NCBI RefSeq assembly: GCF_006345805.1
Contig: NC_043015.1
Coordinates: forward strand, 1,612,001-1,676,000
Reading direction: 5' to 3'
DNA length: 64,000 bases
Source: Octopus sinensis
Lineage: Eukaryota
Of the stretch, positions 13,024 to 25,783 are shown piece by piece (within the stretch, counting starts at the first letter, position 1; each line of letters starts with the position of its first letter). The notes under the pieces were generated by a model. It did no database searches and was not told where the DNA came from. It saw nothing but the letters and a program-made list of their open reading frames with translations. A program made the translations under genes and the position numbers.

Positions 13024-13647
13024 ATATACACACAAATATGTTCAGAGTTAAATACATGCAAACACACACAATCATTCATACACACAAACAGGGGAGCAAA
13101 CACTCGTCTGAACGATACATCAGGGTGGTGTACAACATATATAAGCAAATATATCAACACAGTGACATTTTACAATGGCGGACAAATTTTGAAGATGGCT
13201 ACCGGAAACCTTTTTGTGTCGGTTATAGAAATAACAAACCTACACATACAAAAATGTCGATAACAGGAACTAATTCGTACTAATGGACGAAAGAAGAGAC
13301 TATTTGACACAAATGTCAACAAAACACGAGAAGACATCTTAAAATAACTTAACAATAAAGAGCTAATAATAGCATCCACGACAGCGTCAACAGCGCTATC
13401 TTTAGTAACCTAAGAAAATCAGAAACGAAAGCGAAATATGTGAGAGTAGGGAAGGATGGAAATTATAAGTTGTGAATTAGTGAGAAAAAAAAAATGGAAG
13501 ATGTTTCAGGATATTGCATGTAATGAACGTGTTCTCCATTTCATTGTGGAAAACTAAATGAGACTCTCACTAGAAGCACACTTCCATGAAGGCTATATTT
13601 GTTTCAGTATATATTTGATCATATATATAATATACATACCTACATTC

Positions 13648-13736
<89 letters not shown>

Positions 13737-14054
13737 ATGTGTGTACTGTATTTTTTATTTGTATTGCTTTTACGTCCTGTTCTTGTCACTTTTTTCTTTT
13801 TTTTTCGTATTTTACCCTCTGCAAAAGAATTTTATTTAATTCATTTTGCAGGAAGGAATGCTTCGGCCGGATCGTGTTCTGCCCTTACCTTCGAAACACG
13901 CATTGAATCGAACCAGGGCAGCTGATGAAGGGGAATATTCCTTGTATTGTTTGTCTTGTACTCTGTTTTTTCGTTGTTAAAAAAGTCCGTTTCCTTGGTT
14001 GTTTTTATGTTTTCGTTTCTCGTTGTGTTCTACGTTTATTTGTGGTGTCCTGTA

Positions 14055-14108
<54 letters not shown>

Positions 14109-15087
14109 TGTATATATACATATAGATGTAGGTATGTACATATATGTATATATGTTTTTTTGTTAAATTGTTATTATATATAGATATACATACACAGGAA
14201 TCGACAGGTAGAAATGTAGAAATATCATGTGTGTATGTGCGGGTGATCAACGCTACATTGGTTGATGGATAATTTCTTTTAGAAGTTGTGTACTATCCTA
14301 GCGATGCCAATGGTTTCATGCGAATAAATTTAGTCTGTTTGACTCGTAGTTTCAATTATCGCAGCAGTCCAGTCATTTTGTCACACGAACTTCATTGTAT
14401 TTATTCTTTGGGGCATTCTTATGTGTGTGTGTGTATACAGCATCGTATAGATATGTTTTCATACGTAGTAGTGTTGTAGGCTCTTCCTGCGCGTATACAC
14501 ACCATTTGTTCAACAGGCTATTTTTTTATATAACGTACGTTTCTCATGTATATGGTGCATTTTCGTTAAGCAGTAATATTTCAGTACAATGGGATGAAAC
14601 ATTAAGCTTAGGTTAAACATTGTCTCATTCAAAATGAAGTAGTTACATGAGTATGTGTATATATGTAAACAGCAGACAAAGTTCAGAGGAGCAGAACACA
14701 TTAAGTTTAGCTTCAATCATATTTTGATATGCCTGATGTAAATACGCTTAAAAAATATCTGCTACGGCAGAAGCAGGTTAACCGGTTAAACATGAGTGGA
14801 GAGAACTGCTCGAAGCTTGACCAGGTCAGAAAAAATAATATACGCAATATTATAAATTAGCTACTAATTGTGTACCAGAGTAATTATAAATTTCTTGCAA
14901 AAATGTTATACACGCTAATCGACTAACGAAATAGCTTCTTTAGTTTGCTAATATTAGCAGCTTAATTTCCGTCGCATAGCGAGCAACACTGAAAATCTGT
15001 AAAAGAAAAGATTGCATAATATTAATGATAATAATTGCTGTTGATTTCGTTGTTACTGTTAATATTGTTGATGTTGTTGTTGTTATT

Positions 15088-15750
15088 GTTAGAGGCAATT
15101 AAAAATGAAATAGAGAACCTAATTGTAGCAACCCGAGACTAAGCGATAAAGATGAACTTCACAAATAATATATATGGCGAGAATGTGTCAGAGAAATGTA
15201 GAGCCCTGTGGAACTTGGAACGAGACAGTGGCACACAATGTGGCACAAAGCCCCGAGTTGGCTCAGAAAGAGTATAAGAAGTGGAGGCACAACCAGGTTG
15301 TAAAAGGTTTCTACTGGTAAATTTGGCAGAAATGGGGATTTGAAGCTGGAAGCAAATGGTAGATTGTATGGAAAGAGTACTGGTGTCGGAAAAATGGGAA
15401 ATTTTGGGGGACTTTCTTATTCAAACGGATAAGAAGTTAGGAAATAATAAACCGGACATAACATCTATAGATAAGGAAAACCGAAGCTGCCCACTAATCA
15501 ACTCCTCTGACAGTTTGATACTAGAATCGAAGAGAGTGGAAGTAAAGCAAGCAAAAATAATAAAGAAAACAGAAAAAATACAGTCCTTTAAAATTTGAAA
15601 CAGGAAAATTTGGATCATGAGAACTGTAAAGGTCGTGCCTATAATAATTGGTGCATTGAGAACAGAACGCAAAGATATAGACAAATGGCTGGGAGGACTG
15701 GAATAGGATGCCCTGTAGAGCTCCTACAGAAAGTTTGTCTCTTAGGGGCA
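15088..15750 (+). mobile_element. Decayed R4/Dong-type RLE retrotransposon fragment
   Basis: Remnants of CR..CG..ET..H, WEILGDFLIQTDKKLGNNKPDI and TVKVVPIIIGALRT...LLQKVCLLGAA; many stops and frameshifts. Confidence 0.8.
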
Positions 15751-15994
15751 GCACCTCGTCGCAGCATGATGGTGCCTCTAGATGTCGAGTTCAAGCTCAC
15801 TGATTTTCTTGGTTAATTTTTGCTCCTAGTACCATCTCGTATTCTCTTAAAGCTGTACCGACTAGGTCTATATGCCTGGTGTTCAACACCATCACGGCGG
15901 CGCTGTCTGCATGAGCCGACGCGGTTCTCCTATATCCTCGTTCGCGTGAGATGCCTCTCAACACCCCCAATTCCTGCAGTATTGGCTCCAGAAC

Positions 15995-16780
15995 CTGTAC
16001 ATAGTCAAACGGAAAGCTAGAAGAAAATATTGAGACTGTGGCAAGAAAACTATTGCATGGGCATTACCCCAAACGAGTTAGGGAAGCTGACATACATATG
16101 AAAAGAACTCATCAATGGCTTCAGAGCCCTGGTTTGAAATCTGAAACAAAAGGGTTTATCCTAGCGGCACAAGATTAGTCACCTCACCAGAACTATCATG
16201 CTAATATTGGGCAGACAAAAAGTATACGCACTGCAATGATTAACTTGAGAGCATTGATCATACTGTTCCCGGTTGCTCACTCCTTGCTCTATAGAATTTA
16301 TATGAAAGCATGACCGAGTTCGCCAATTCTTGCAGTAGAGGATATGCCCTCACTATGACATCCCGCACCCTATGAACTGGTTTGAATACAATTCACAGCC
16401 AATCACTGAGTGAGAGAATGTTATCATCCTATGAGATTATGGAATACAGACAGGCAAATAAATGTTAACAGACCAGACATCGACATCAAAAAGATAAAGA
16501 CAAAAAGCATGCTTGTTAGTCGATATGATGGCACCTACTGAGAGAAACATTCCAGCAAAAGAAGTTGAAAATCTCTCTAAATAAAATGACCTTCAGATAG
16601 AGATATCTACAGCGTAGCAATTAAAAATGAAAACCTTCTGTTATGGCAGGTACACTTGGAATGATCAAAAAACCACCGACATATTGTTTAACTAAATCCC
16701 ATGGAGATCAACAATCTACGAGGTTCGAAATCTTGTTCCGAAATCAACAGCTCCTACTCTCAGGAATTTTCTCTTCATTA
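15995..16780 (+). mobile_element. Second decayed R4/Dong-type RLE retrotransposon fragment
   Basis: Remnants of WQE.LLHG.YP, QWLQSPGLKSETKGFILAAQD, HDRV, VNRPDI..LLVDM and KEVE.LSK..DLQIEIS; ends TLRNFLF. Confidence 0.8.
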
Positions 16781-16847
16781 TATATATATATATTTTTTTA
16801 ATAAATTTATGAATAAATGAAAGAATGGAGTTGAAGGACAATTTAAC

Positions 16848-16955
16848 AAATTTCCTTTATTTTCGACATATGTTTCGAAGGTTGCATATTCCTAATTGTG
16901 AAGGAATAAGGAGTACATTATGCCGCTTTCTCATCAGGAAAAACAAGGAATTTAT
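16848..16955 (-). ncRNA. Type I hammerhead ribozyme with canonical core
   Basis: Minus strand AAAUUCCUUGUUUUUC-CUGAUGA(16937-16931)-G..long helix II..C-GAAA(16876-16873)-C-AUAU-GUC(16867-16865)-GAAAAUAAAGGAAAUUU; all core nucleotides present, ~15-bp imperfect helix I, palindromic helix III ACAUAUGU. Confidence 0.8.
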
Positions 16956-17022
16956 GTCAACATCCATAGAAGGATATATCATTTTTCTACTCAAATATAT
17001 ATATATATATATATATGGAGTG

Positions 17023-17090
<68 letters not shown>

Positions 17091-17597
17091 GGATAGATAG
17101 ATAGATAGATAAAAAAAATATATATATATATGCCTTAGCTCTCCGGTTGAGAACCGGCCGGAAGATGAAATAAAATGGAAATTAAACGAAAATTATTATG
17201 TTAATAATAATAATGAGCACATCCCACCGGAAGATTGAAAAGAAAATTTTTAAAAAATTAAATGATTGAAATATTTCATTTTTGCTAATTAAAAAGAAAA
17301 TTCAATATAAAAAAACATTATTGGAATTTTTAGCTTCATCTGTTTTTGTGAAGCCAGGGAAGACATTCAAGCAATTAATCAATTGAGCATACAAACACGA
17401 AAGTATGTGGAGATTAATACGTTGGTGTTTGTATGTTGGAAAATGATAGTGGCGATGCACATCATGTCGTTGTCGGTCAAATATATTTCATTCTGAGATT
17501 TAGACCTTGAGAATTTAGACGTACATGTATATACATATTCATTTTTTTTTTAATTTGAAAACCCCACTAGAATGGGAGAAAGCGCTAATAATCTGAA

Positions 17598-18004
17598 TGA
17601 TATGATATATATATGTAAAAAAATGTAATATATAAATAAATATCTATAAATATGAACCATCCGATCTTCTGATTACCTCATTTCTTCTAATATATAATAT
17701 ATGATATATATATATGTAAAAAAATGTAATATATAAATAAATATCTATAAATATGAACCATCCGATCATCTGATTACCTCATTTCTTCTAATATATAATA
17801 TATGATATATATATATGTAAAAAAATGTAATATATAAATAAATATCTATAAATATGAACCATCCGATCTTCTGATTACCTCATTTCTTCTAATATTAATA
17901 TATGATATATATATATGTAAAAAAAATGTAATATATAAATAAATATCTATAAATATGAACCATCCGATATTCTGATTACCTCATTTCTTCTAATATATAA
18001 TATA
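17598..18004. repeat. Tandem array, ~101-bp unit x4
   Basis: Unit ...ATGTAAAAAAATGTAATATATAAATAAATATCTATAAATATGAACCATCCGATCTTCTGATTACCTCATTTCTTCTAATAT... repeated four times, nearly identical. Confidence 0.95.
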
Positions 18005-18189
18005 TAATACCTGTACATCATCTCCAAACCTTCATTTATATGTGTGTGTATTTTAAAAAATGATGATGTGTGTGTATTTTAAAAAATGATGATAAGCAAA
18101 ATTTGGCGTGAATAACGTATGTAGAAGGAAGATTTGTCATAATGCATATTATTCAAGGCACCTAAGATTACCTTTTACAAGTTTTTTAA

Positions 18190-18400
18190 GAAATTATTTC
18201 AGTCATTAGACAGCAGCGATGGTGGAGCATCTCTTTGAATAATATTAGTCGAACGAATCGACCCCTCGGTTTTTTTCTTTGTTTTAACGCTTGTATTTAT
18301 TACATGGGGCATTTATACCGAACTGCTAATTTACGGGGACGTAAACACGCCAGCCACGGTTGTCAAGCTGTGGTGGAAGCAAGTACAGGCAGAAATACAT
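18190..18400 (-). mobile_element. SINE family A 3' part, diverged
   Basis: CCGAACTGCTAATTTACGGGGACGTAAACAC..GGTTGTCAAG matches the family A tail in reverse. Confidence 0.7.
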
Positions 18401-18449
18401 ACACAAACACACACACTCACACATACATACATACATGCATACATACATA

Positions 18450-18998
18450 CTCTTTTACTAGTTTCTGTCATTTGATTGAGGCCAAGCTGTAGCATTACCT
18501 TTAGTTGAGCAAATCGAGTCCAGTACTTATTCTTTGTAAGTTTAGTACTTACTCTATCGGTCCCGTTTGCCGAACCGCTAAGTTACGGGGACGTAAACAC
18601 ACCAGAATTTGTTGTCAAGCGATGTTGGGGGAGCAAACACAAAGACACACACACACACTCACATATATATATATATATACGACGGGCTTTTTTTCAGTTT
18701 CCGTATACAAAATCTACTCACAAAGCTTTGGTCGGCTTGAGGCTATAGTAGAAGACACATAGCCAACGTGCCACGCAGTGGGACTGAAACCGGAACCATG
18801 TGGTTGGTTAGCAAGCTACTTCCCACACAGCCACTCCTACGCCTACGGTGAACTTTTTGTTTCTGTCCTACATTTACACTCACAAAACTCGCCGCTGTTG
18901 CTAAAGAAATCTGCGCAAGATGCCACGCAGTAGGACTGAACATTGAATCATATGGTTGGGAACGAAACTTCTCGGCAGACTACCACTTCTGCACCTAT
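18450..18998 (-). mobile_element. SINE family A full-length copy (18450-18846) plus a second head fragment (about 18900-18998)
   Basis: CCGAACCGCTAAGTTACGGGGACGTAAACAC, TTTCAGTTTCCGT, GCTATAGTAGAAGACAC, GTGCCACGCAGTGGGACTGAA, CACAGCCACTCCT. Confidence 0.85.
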
Positions 18999-19124
18999 AT
19001 GGAACATTCTTAAATAATATACATAATGTACCACTATGTAATCATCCATTGTTTATCGGAGACAACTTTCAAGGTTAGGCATCATTCCTTGTAATTATTT
19101 GTGTCTTCAAACTTCATTGTAAAC

Positions 19125-19460
19125 AGACGCCCGAAATCTTCTGGTGATTTCAGTTCTTTAAAGAGCCTTTTGGATCTGATGTAGTGATTTTCTTTTGCTT
19201 TTTCTGACAAATTGACATTTTCCTCATTTCATATAAGACAAAACTGATGTCTTCGTGGACAACATTTCTGCTTGTTCATGGAGATCTTTTGCGATTGACC
19301 TCGTGGACTTTCTCGGATTATAATCAATGGCCTGTTGGATTTCGATAAATTCAGGTGTTCTTATGATTTCAGAGCATTTAGAATGCCTTTTATGCTTTGA
19401 TATTTTGTTTATACGCCAAATCTGCTGCCAATTTCAAAAGAAGATATTTTTCAATCCGTG
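19125..19460 (-). mobile_element. Decayed Tc1/mariner-superfamily (maT/DD37D-like) transposase N-terminal fragment
   Basis: Minus-strand frames read IIRTPEFIEIQQAIDYNPRKSTRSIAKDLH..RNVVHEDI..MRK..SEKAKENHYIRSKRL.KELK, an HTH plus linker typical of these transposases; frameshifted. Confidence 0.6.
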
Positions 19461-19735
19461 CTTTAATATATCAGTAGTAGCAGATTTTGTCATAACGTGT
19501 GGTTATCAAGGAGTACTTCCTACTGACGAAGTACGGAAGCAGAAATACATCTTTAACAATGCAACCACGGCTGCTATATTTGATGTATATTTGTATTTTT
19601 TAACACTGCATGTATATGAGATTTCGGGACGAATACCGCAGTTGATCAAGATGTCTGTGTTGTAATCGATTTAAGTATAATACACAGATTGATATATTTT
19701 CATACCTTGATGCTGTATGGACTGAGATCCCTTTG

Positions 19736-20118
19736 GGAAGCACTCCGTCGGTTACGACGACGAGGGTTCCGGTTGATCCGAATCAACGGAACAGCCTGCT
19801 CGGGAAATTAACGTGTAAGTGGCTGAGCACTCCACAGACACGTGTACCCTTAACGTAGTTCTCGGGGATATTCAGCGTGACACAGACAGTGACAAGGCCG
19901 GCCCTTTGAAATACAGGTACAACAGAAACAGGAAGTAAGAGTGAGAGAAAGTTGTGGTGAAAGAGTACAGCAGGGATCGCCACCATCCCCTGCCGGAGCC
20001 TCGTGGAGCTTTAGGTGTTTTCGCTCAATAAACACTCACAACGCCCGGTCTGGGAATCGAAACCGCGATCCTATGACCGCGAGTCCGCTGCCCCAACCAC
20101 TGGGCCATTGCGCCTCCA
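19736..20118 (-). mobile_element. SINE family C, full length with 14-15-bp TSD
   Basis: Reverse complement of 2217-2589; flanked by ACTGAGATCCCTTTG at 19721-19735 and 20118-20132. Confidence 0.92.
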
Positions 20119-21149
20119 CTGAGATCCCTTTGACAGGCTGCTGATATTGAATTTGGTTTTAAACAATTAGTAATTTCCATTTCTCTGTAGCTAGAAGATT
20201 TGTTTAGAATATAATCATATTGGTTATTAATTCCTCAAGAGGAGGGAGATGTATCTGATGAGAACCCAATAATGTTCGAAAATCCGTTAAGGGTGTTAAT
20301 CAATTTGCCCTGTTTTTATATCTGCAACATAGGTTATATTGCTATAACGGATTTGCTCTGAACATGGTGGTCAAGCCAGCAGAAGTGAATTGCCAAGGGC
20401 TGCATACAAACACCGGTATATAACGGCTGATGAGAAGAGTCTGGCAGTAAAAACATTATCAGATATTAGTAGTTGCTGGATCACTGAAGGGCTTGAGAAA
20501 TCCGTCTCATGTGCAAAAATGAGGTTCAAACCATCAAATCTGAAATCCCTTGAAAGGAAGGTATAGGAAAGGAAGGTATGGCAAAATTAGTCAAGTACGT
20601 CATGTTCGATTTAAAAATAATGGAGTCAGCGCCCAAAGCGGTCCTGGGGATTCTAATTTTTACAAAGAAGCTGTTGACAGTGACTGTGATATATCAACTT
20701 GCCAAACGTCACCAAACTTCGAAGTCACAGTCAACTCTTTCCTTCTAAAAATCGATATATTGTGCATGGAGTTCAATTAATTACTACTGGGTCATTATAA
20801 GAATAGATGAGTATCAATGAAAATATATTTGCTTCGGCTATCAAAATATAAAATCGCTATAAGCCATACTCCTAAACATTAAGAACAAAAGAATTTTAAA
20901 AAATAGCCTTTCTGCCTCGTTTAAGGAAATCAATACCTTGGGGAGTCGATTTAATTGATGATATACACATAATTTCCGTTATGAATGAAAAAAAAAAATG
21001 GCCATTGTGTGTTTAAAAATAAATATATAACAAAACAAAAATAAAACGTTATCGTCTACGTGAACATCATTATCATCATAATATTCATTATAGCTGCCAA
21101 TCAACACCAATCATAACCAGCTTTTTTCCACTCAAGATATTTTTCAATA

Positions 21150-21420
21150 ATCTCAGTTTCGTTCGCTCTGCAGACGACAACTAAAACCACTCCGAAAGAA
21201 AGGCTGCAATATCGCCACCGCTCGTCAAACTCAGCGCGACATTTTCCGCGCTTCTTCCAAAACGTGGTTACTTACGCCATTGTTATCGCTCTCATGTCAA
21301 ATTATGCCTCGCCACTCGTCATTACCACTCTCTAAGACACACGTCTCCACGTCACACCACATGGTACTATAATAGCAGTACACTACGCCACTCTATCCCA
21401 TACCATTGCACTCCACACAC
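21150..21420 (-). promoter_or_regulatory. CpG-rich island; candidate first exon ending ATG-AGA-GCG-ATA-ACA-ATG-GC|GTAAGT (donor 21270-21275)
   Basis: Plus strand ACTTAC-GCCAT-TGT at 21270-21283 with an in-frame upstream ATG at 21295-21293; unique CpG-rich context. Confidence 0.4.
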
Positions 21421-22002
21421 CAAAAATTCTATTAAGTTAATCGAAGCTTACCAAACCTTCCATTTCCGAAGTTCAAATAAGTTCATTTTTAAGTAGATGC
21501 TGTTATTTTTTTCCTTTTCTTCTTCTTCCTCGTTTCTAGAATATATTAATTAAAATAATTTCTGCCATATAACACCATCACCCACATCATCATCCTCTTC
21601 TTCCTCACTCCCCTATTTATTTCTTACTCATCGTTCTCTTCACCAGTAATTTTTTCTCCTCTCGATTATTCCATAACATCTCTCCTCATTTTCCTCCTTG
21701 TCACCCCCATCCCCATCGCCGTCCTCTTACTTTGTATCTTCCTTTTTTTCTTCTTTCTCCTCCCCACTATCCTACTCCTCCATCTCCTTCCGTTCCCCGC
21801 TCATCATCTTCCTTCATCATCATCGTCATCATCATCATCACCACCACCAACAACAACACAACCACCACCATCACACTACCACCACAACTACAACCACAAC
21901 CACCACCACCACCACCCTACCACAACCACTACCACTACAACCACCTCCACTACCACCACCACCATCATCCTCATCATCATCATCATCGCCATCATCATCG
22001 TC

Positions 22003-22033
<31 letters not shown>

Positions 22034-22406
22034 CAATGAAGGTGGTGGTGGTGGTAGTGGTGGTATTCGCCTTCGTCATCATCATAATCATCATCATTAC
22101 CATCTTCGTCATCATCACTTCATTATCAATGCGAAAAGCAGCCGCCGTAGCGGCAGCAGCATCCGCAATACTATTTGACCTGATAGAAATGACAGTCAAA
22201 GTTTCCATAAACTGTCCCACCACCACCACTATCGTCGTAATAAAAAAAACGGAGAAGGAACAAAACAGCATCATCATACATTGGATACACAACGTTTGAC
22301 ATACACGTTATGTAAAAAATGTCTATGTATAAAATGATATATGGTTATATTTCGATGAAGCTACATCTACGGCAAAACAACCGCTATACCAAGAAACAGT
22401 ATAATA

Positions 22407-22966
22407 TTGGTTTGTCAGGAAAGTTCGTGCCGATTTATAGCAGCTTACCTTTCGACTTATTTTAGAATATGATTGAGTCCATAAAATAGGATTTGTCTAC
22501 ACCTCCATTTAAAGCACAGTTTAAGCAGTCTTTTCTTGGAAGAAGGTTTATGTTCCTATAACCTGTGTTAATTCTGTAACCGTTTAAAATGGAAGATAAA
22601 ATAGTTCATTTTCGCCACTTGATGCTTTGGGAACCAGAGAAAAACTGCTGCAGCTCGGCTGGGATGTGTTACCCCACTCTCCATATTCACCATGCTCCTT
22701 CGGATTTCCACTTATTCAGGTCTCTGCAGAATAGTCTTAATGGTAAAAATTTCAATTCCTTGGATGACGTAAAAAGATACCTTGATGAATTTTTGCCATG
22801 AAACCACCTCAATTCTGGGAAGAGGGCATTTTCAATCTAAAGTAAAGATGGAGATGCATTGTGCAACAAAATGTTTCATATCTGGTTGATTAAAAATGTA
22901 ATGGCGTGTATTTATTGACCTTTTTCTTTCCTTTAAAAATCGGCACGTACTTTCCGGACAACCCAA
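22407..22966 (+). mobile_element. Internally deleted mariner element with both TIRs and TA TSD
   Basis: TA-TTGGTTTGTCAGGAAAGTTCGTGCCGATTT ... AAATCGGCACGTACTTTCCGGACAACCCAA-TA; MEDKIVHFRHLML joined to APSDFHLFRSLQNSLNGKNF. Confidence 0.92.
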
Positions 22967-22974
22967 TACAATAA

Positions 22975-23175
22975 GGGTTTCAAGTTTTGGCACAGAGCCA
23001 GCAAGTTTTGAGGGGAGGGGTTTTGTCGGTTATATCAACCTAGTATTTGACTGATATTTATTTTGTCGAATATGAACGGATGAAAGTTAAAGTCGACATC
23101 GCCGGAATTTGATTTCAGACCGTTAAGACGAACGAAAGACCACTTTGGATTTTCTCAAGCTTGCTAAGGATTCTA
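22975..23175 (-). mobile_element. SINE family E, diverged
   Basis: GGATGAAAGTTAAAGTCGACATCGCCGGAATTTGA resembles the reverse of the family E core. Confidence 0.6.
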
Positions 23176-24236
23176 TAAACCCAAAAGTTACAAAAGGAAA
23201 ACAGTATTTATAACGGAGTAAAATCTTAAAATAAATAGCTGGACCCGTGAATATTTCACGGAATTAATGTTATACATATTGAGTTAATTCTGAAAACTTT
23301 ATACGAAAAACCTGAAAGCGAAGCCTGTGTTGTGTCAGTGTCTAAAGATAGTCGCTCATTTGTTAGTCATTGAAAAGGGAAGGAAATTAGAATACGATGA
23401 TTATTTAATGCACAGGCACAATTTTTATAGGCTTAATACACAGCACACTACCTCTTTCTATCTCACCCTTTACCTTACCCTCTTTTCTCTCTTCTCCTGT
23501 CCCACTCCTCTCCCATTACTCCCATCCCTCCCAACCCTTCCCTCCTTCCGACTAATCACGCGGAAACGTTACGGACGGACTAAGTAACAGAGTAACAAGC
23601 AGAGTTATAATAAAATGCAGACCAAGTTCCTATTTTTTACATTCTGCTAGGTCACCAGACACAAAGTAAAGCATTAACATCTCGCTTGTGTCCTTTTAGC
23701 AGTGTTTACTATAACGTTGATTATCTCCCTTGTATTTTTGATTTCGCCTTCTTCCTTACTAGTATCCCTTGTTTAAAAGTCATCTACTGAAAAGCAACTG
23801 ACAAACAATGTTGTTAGCAATGGGGAAATAAATTAATATTTCGACCATGAAACACAGGACAGCTATATTTAACATATTTCATTCTGTCACCCATGTTTTT
23901 ATATAAAATCTACGGACACGAAGGGGTTCCTGAAGTAAATGCAGTGGCATATAACTCCCATACTGCTATTAACAGTCTCCTCTGTATATCCTGGTTTCTG
24001 CGACCGATAGATATTTATAGCATGTTAGATTCTAATTATTTCTGTGGGAGATTTTGAAATGTAACAGCCGCGATAGTCGAGGGATTACTGATAATCGAGG
24101 GGTTACACATAGTCAATATGTGTGTGTGTGTGTGTGCGTATGTGTGTACATATATATATCGGTCAGTTCAATATATGACCGCGTGTGTATCGTTAGCGAT
24201 TTTCTTTCTCCTTTCCTTTCACCTTTCGTTTTCTAT

Positions 24237-24270
24237 GTTTCCGACGAAGAGCTCCGCTCGAAACGTTAAA
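24237..24270 (+). ncRNA. Minimal hammerhead-like motif in a short repeat (about 24190-24372)
   Basis: gttt-CCGACGA-A-GAGC(TCC)GCTC-GAAACGTT-aaat; U4C core variant; sister copy at 35625-35660. Confidence 0.55.
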
Positions 24271-24443
24271 TCCTCCTTCTTTCTTTCATTTCTTGGGTGT
24301 CCAACAATACTATACTTGTTCCACATCCTTCTGTTGTTGTGTTTTCTCTTTGTTCATGTTTAGAGTAACTATATATATATATACACACTTAAACACATAC
24401 ACACACACACAAACACACACACACACACACAAACACACACATA

Positions 24444-24492
<49 letters not shown>

Positions 24493-24680
24493 TTCAAAAT
24501 CTAAGGCATAACGAATTACTTTAAGAATATTTCATGCATATAGATACGTGTCTGAAAGTGTATGTGTGCACGTTTGTCAATATGTCTGCATATGTTTGCT
24601 TTTTCGTACGTAGATGAATGCATATATACACTCACGCATTTATATGCACATATCTACTCAAAGTTAGATGTATATAAATG

Positions 24681-24713
<33 letters not shown>

Positions 24714-24801
24714 GTTTCCACACTCATGCATACATACGTACTATATATTTATATAGATATAGATATATATATGTATGTATATATGTATGTATGTATGCAT
24801 G

Positions 24802-24835
<34 letters not shown>

Positions 24836-25752
24836 TGTATGTATGTATGTATGTATGTATGTATGTATGTATGTATACGTACAAAATCATTGCACGAAGG
24901 GAAACTACAAAATAAAACCAAACAAAAATAAACCAACCGCCATCTTGGCTTCTGCGTGTGCTATCGATGTCAATTCTAAATCTCCTTTTCTTCCTTTCTT
25001 CTTCTTCTTTTTTCTTTTTTGCCGTAGTTCATTTTATTTCCCTATCTTGATGTGATGGCTTCAACGAGGAGAGAACCACGAGCTCTGAGTGAGCAAGATA
25101 TTGAAACCTTAGTATTTTTCTCTCCTTTAATTGATAAAGAGTGCACTTTCAACCTTGATCCCATCGTTTATTCATCTAATTACAACTAAATTTACCTTCA
25201 TATCTGTCGCTTTTGCCATATTTCGTATATGATTATTATCATTATATATATTTTTGTTGTTGTTAATTTTATTTATATCGTTGTTGTTGTTGTTCTTTAT
25301 TATTTTATTAGTATTATTATCATCATTATTATTGTTTGGTGGACATTTGCAGCTACGAATGTGAGTTGGATGGTTGGATAGTTGGATGGTTGGTTTGATG
25401 GCGGGAGCTCGTAACACCCAACACAATTCTTTCCGTTTCAGAATTGTCATCGTCGTTGTTTCTTGTTGCTCTCTGCCTCTCTATATCTTTCGCTCTCTCC
25501 CTTTCTATCTCTTTCTCTCTCTCTTTCTTTTTCCTCTTTTATTTTCCTCCCCCTTCCTCCAATTAATCCTACTTCCTCTTCTTCTTCTTTTAATCCTCCA
25601 CTTCCTCCCCTCCCACCAATTACTCCTTCTCCTCATTCCTCCTCCTCTACTTCTTCTTCTTCTCTTCTTCTTCTTCTTCTTCTTCTTCTTCTAATTCAAC
25701 ATTTACGTTTCACAGTAGTTGTCTTAATTCATTCATTTTCATATCATTATTG

Positions 25753-25783
<31 letters not shown>

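Noticed and set aside
17598-18004. Regular repeats as a possible CRISPR array
   Set aside because: The units are contiguous with no unique spacers, the context is eukaryotic and there are no cas genes
21698-22300. His/Pro/Thr/Gly-rich ORFs resembling transcription-factor low-complexity regions (also 3866-4240 and 39385-40109)
   Set aside because: Compound triplet repeats open in several frames on both strands, with no folded domain or splice support
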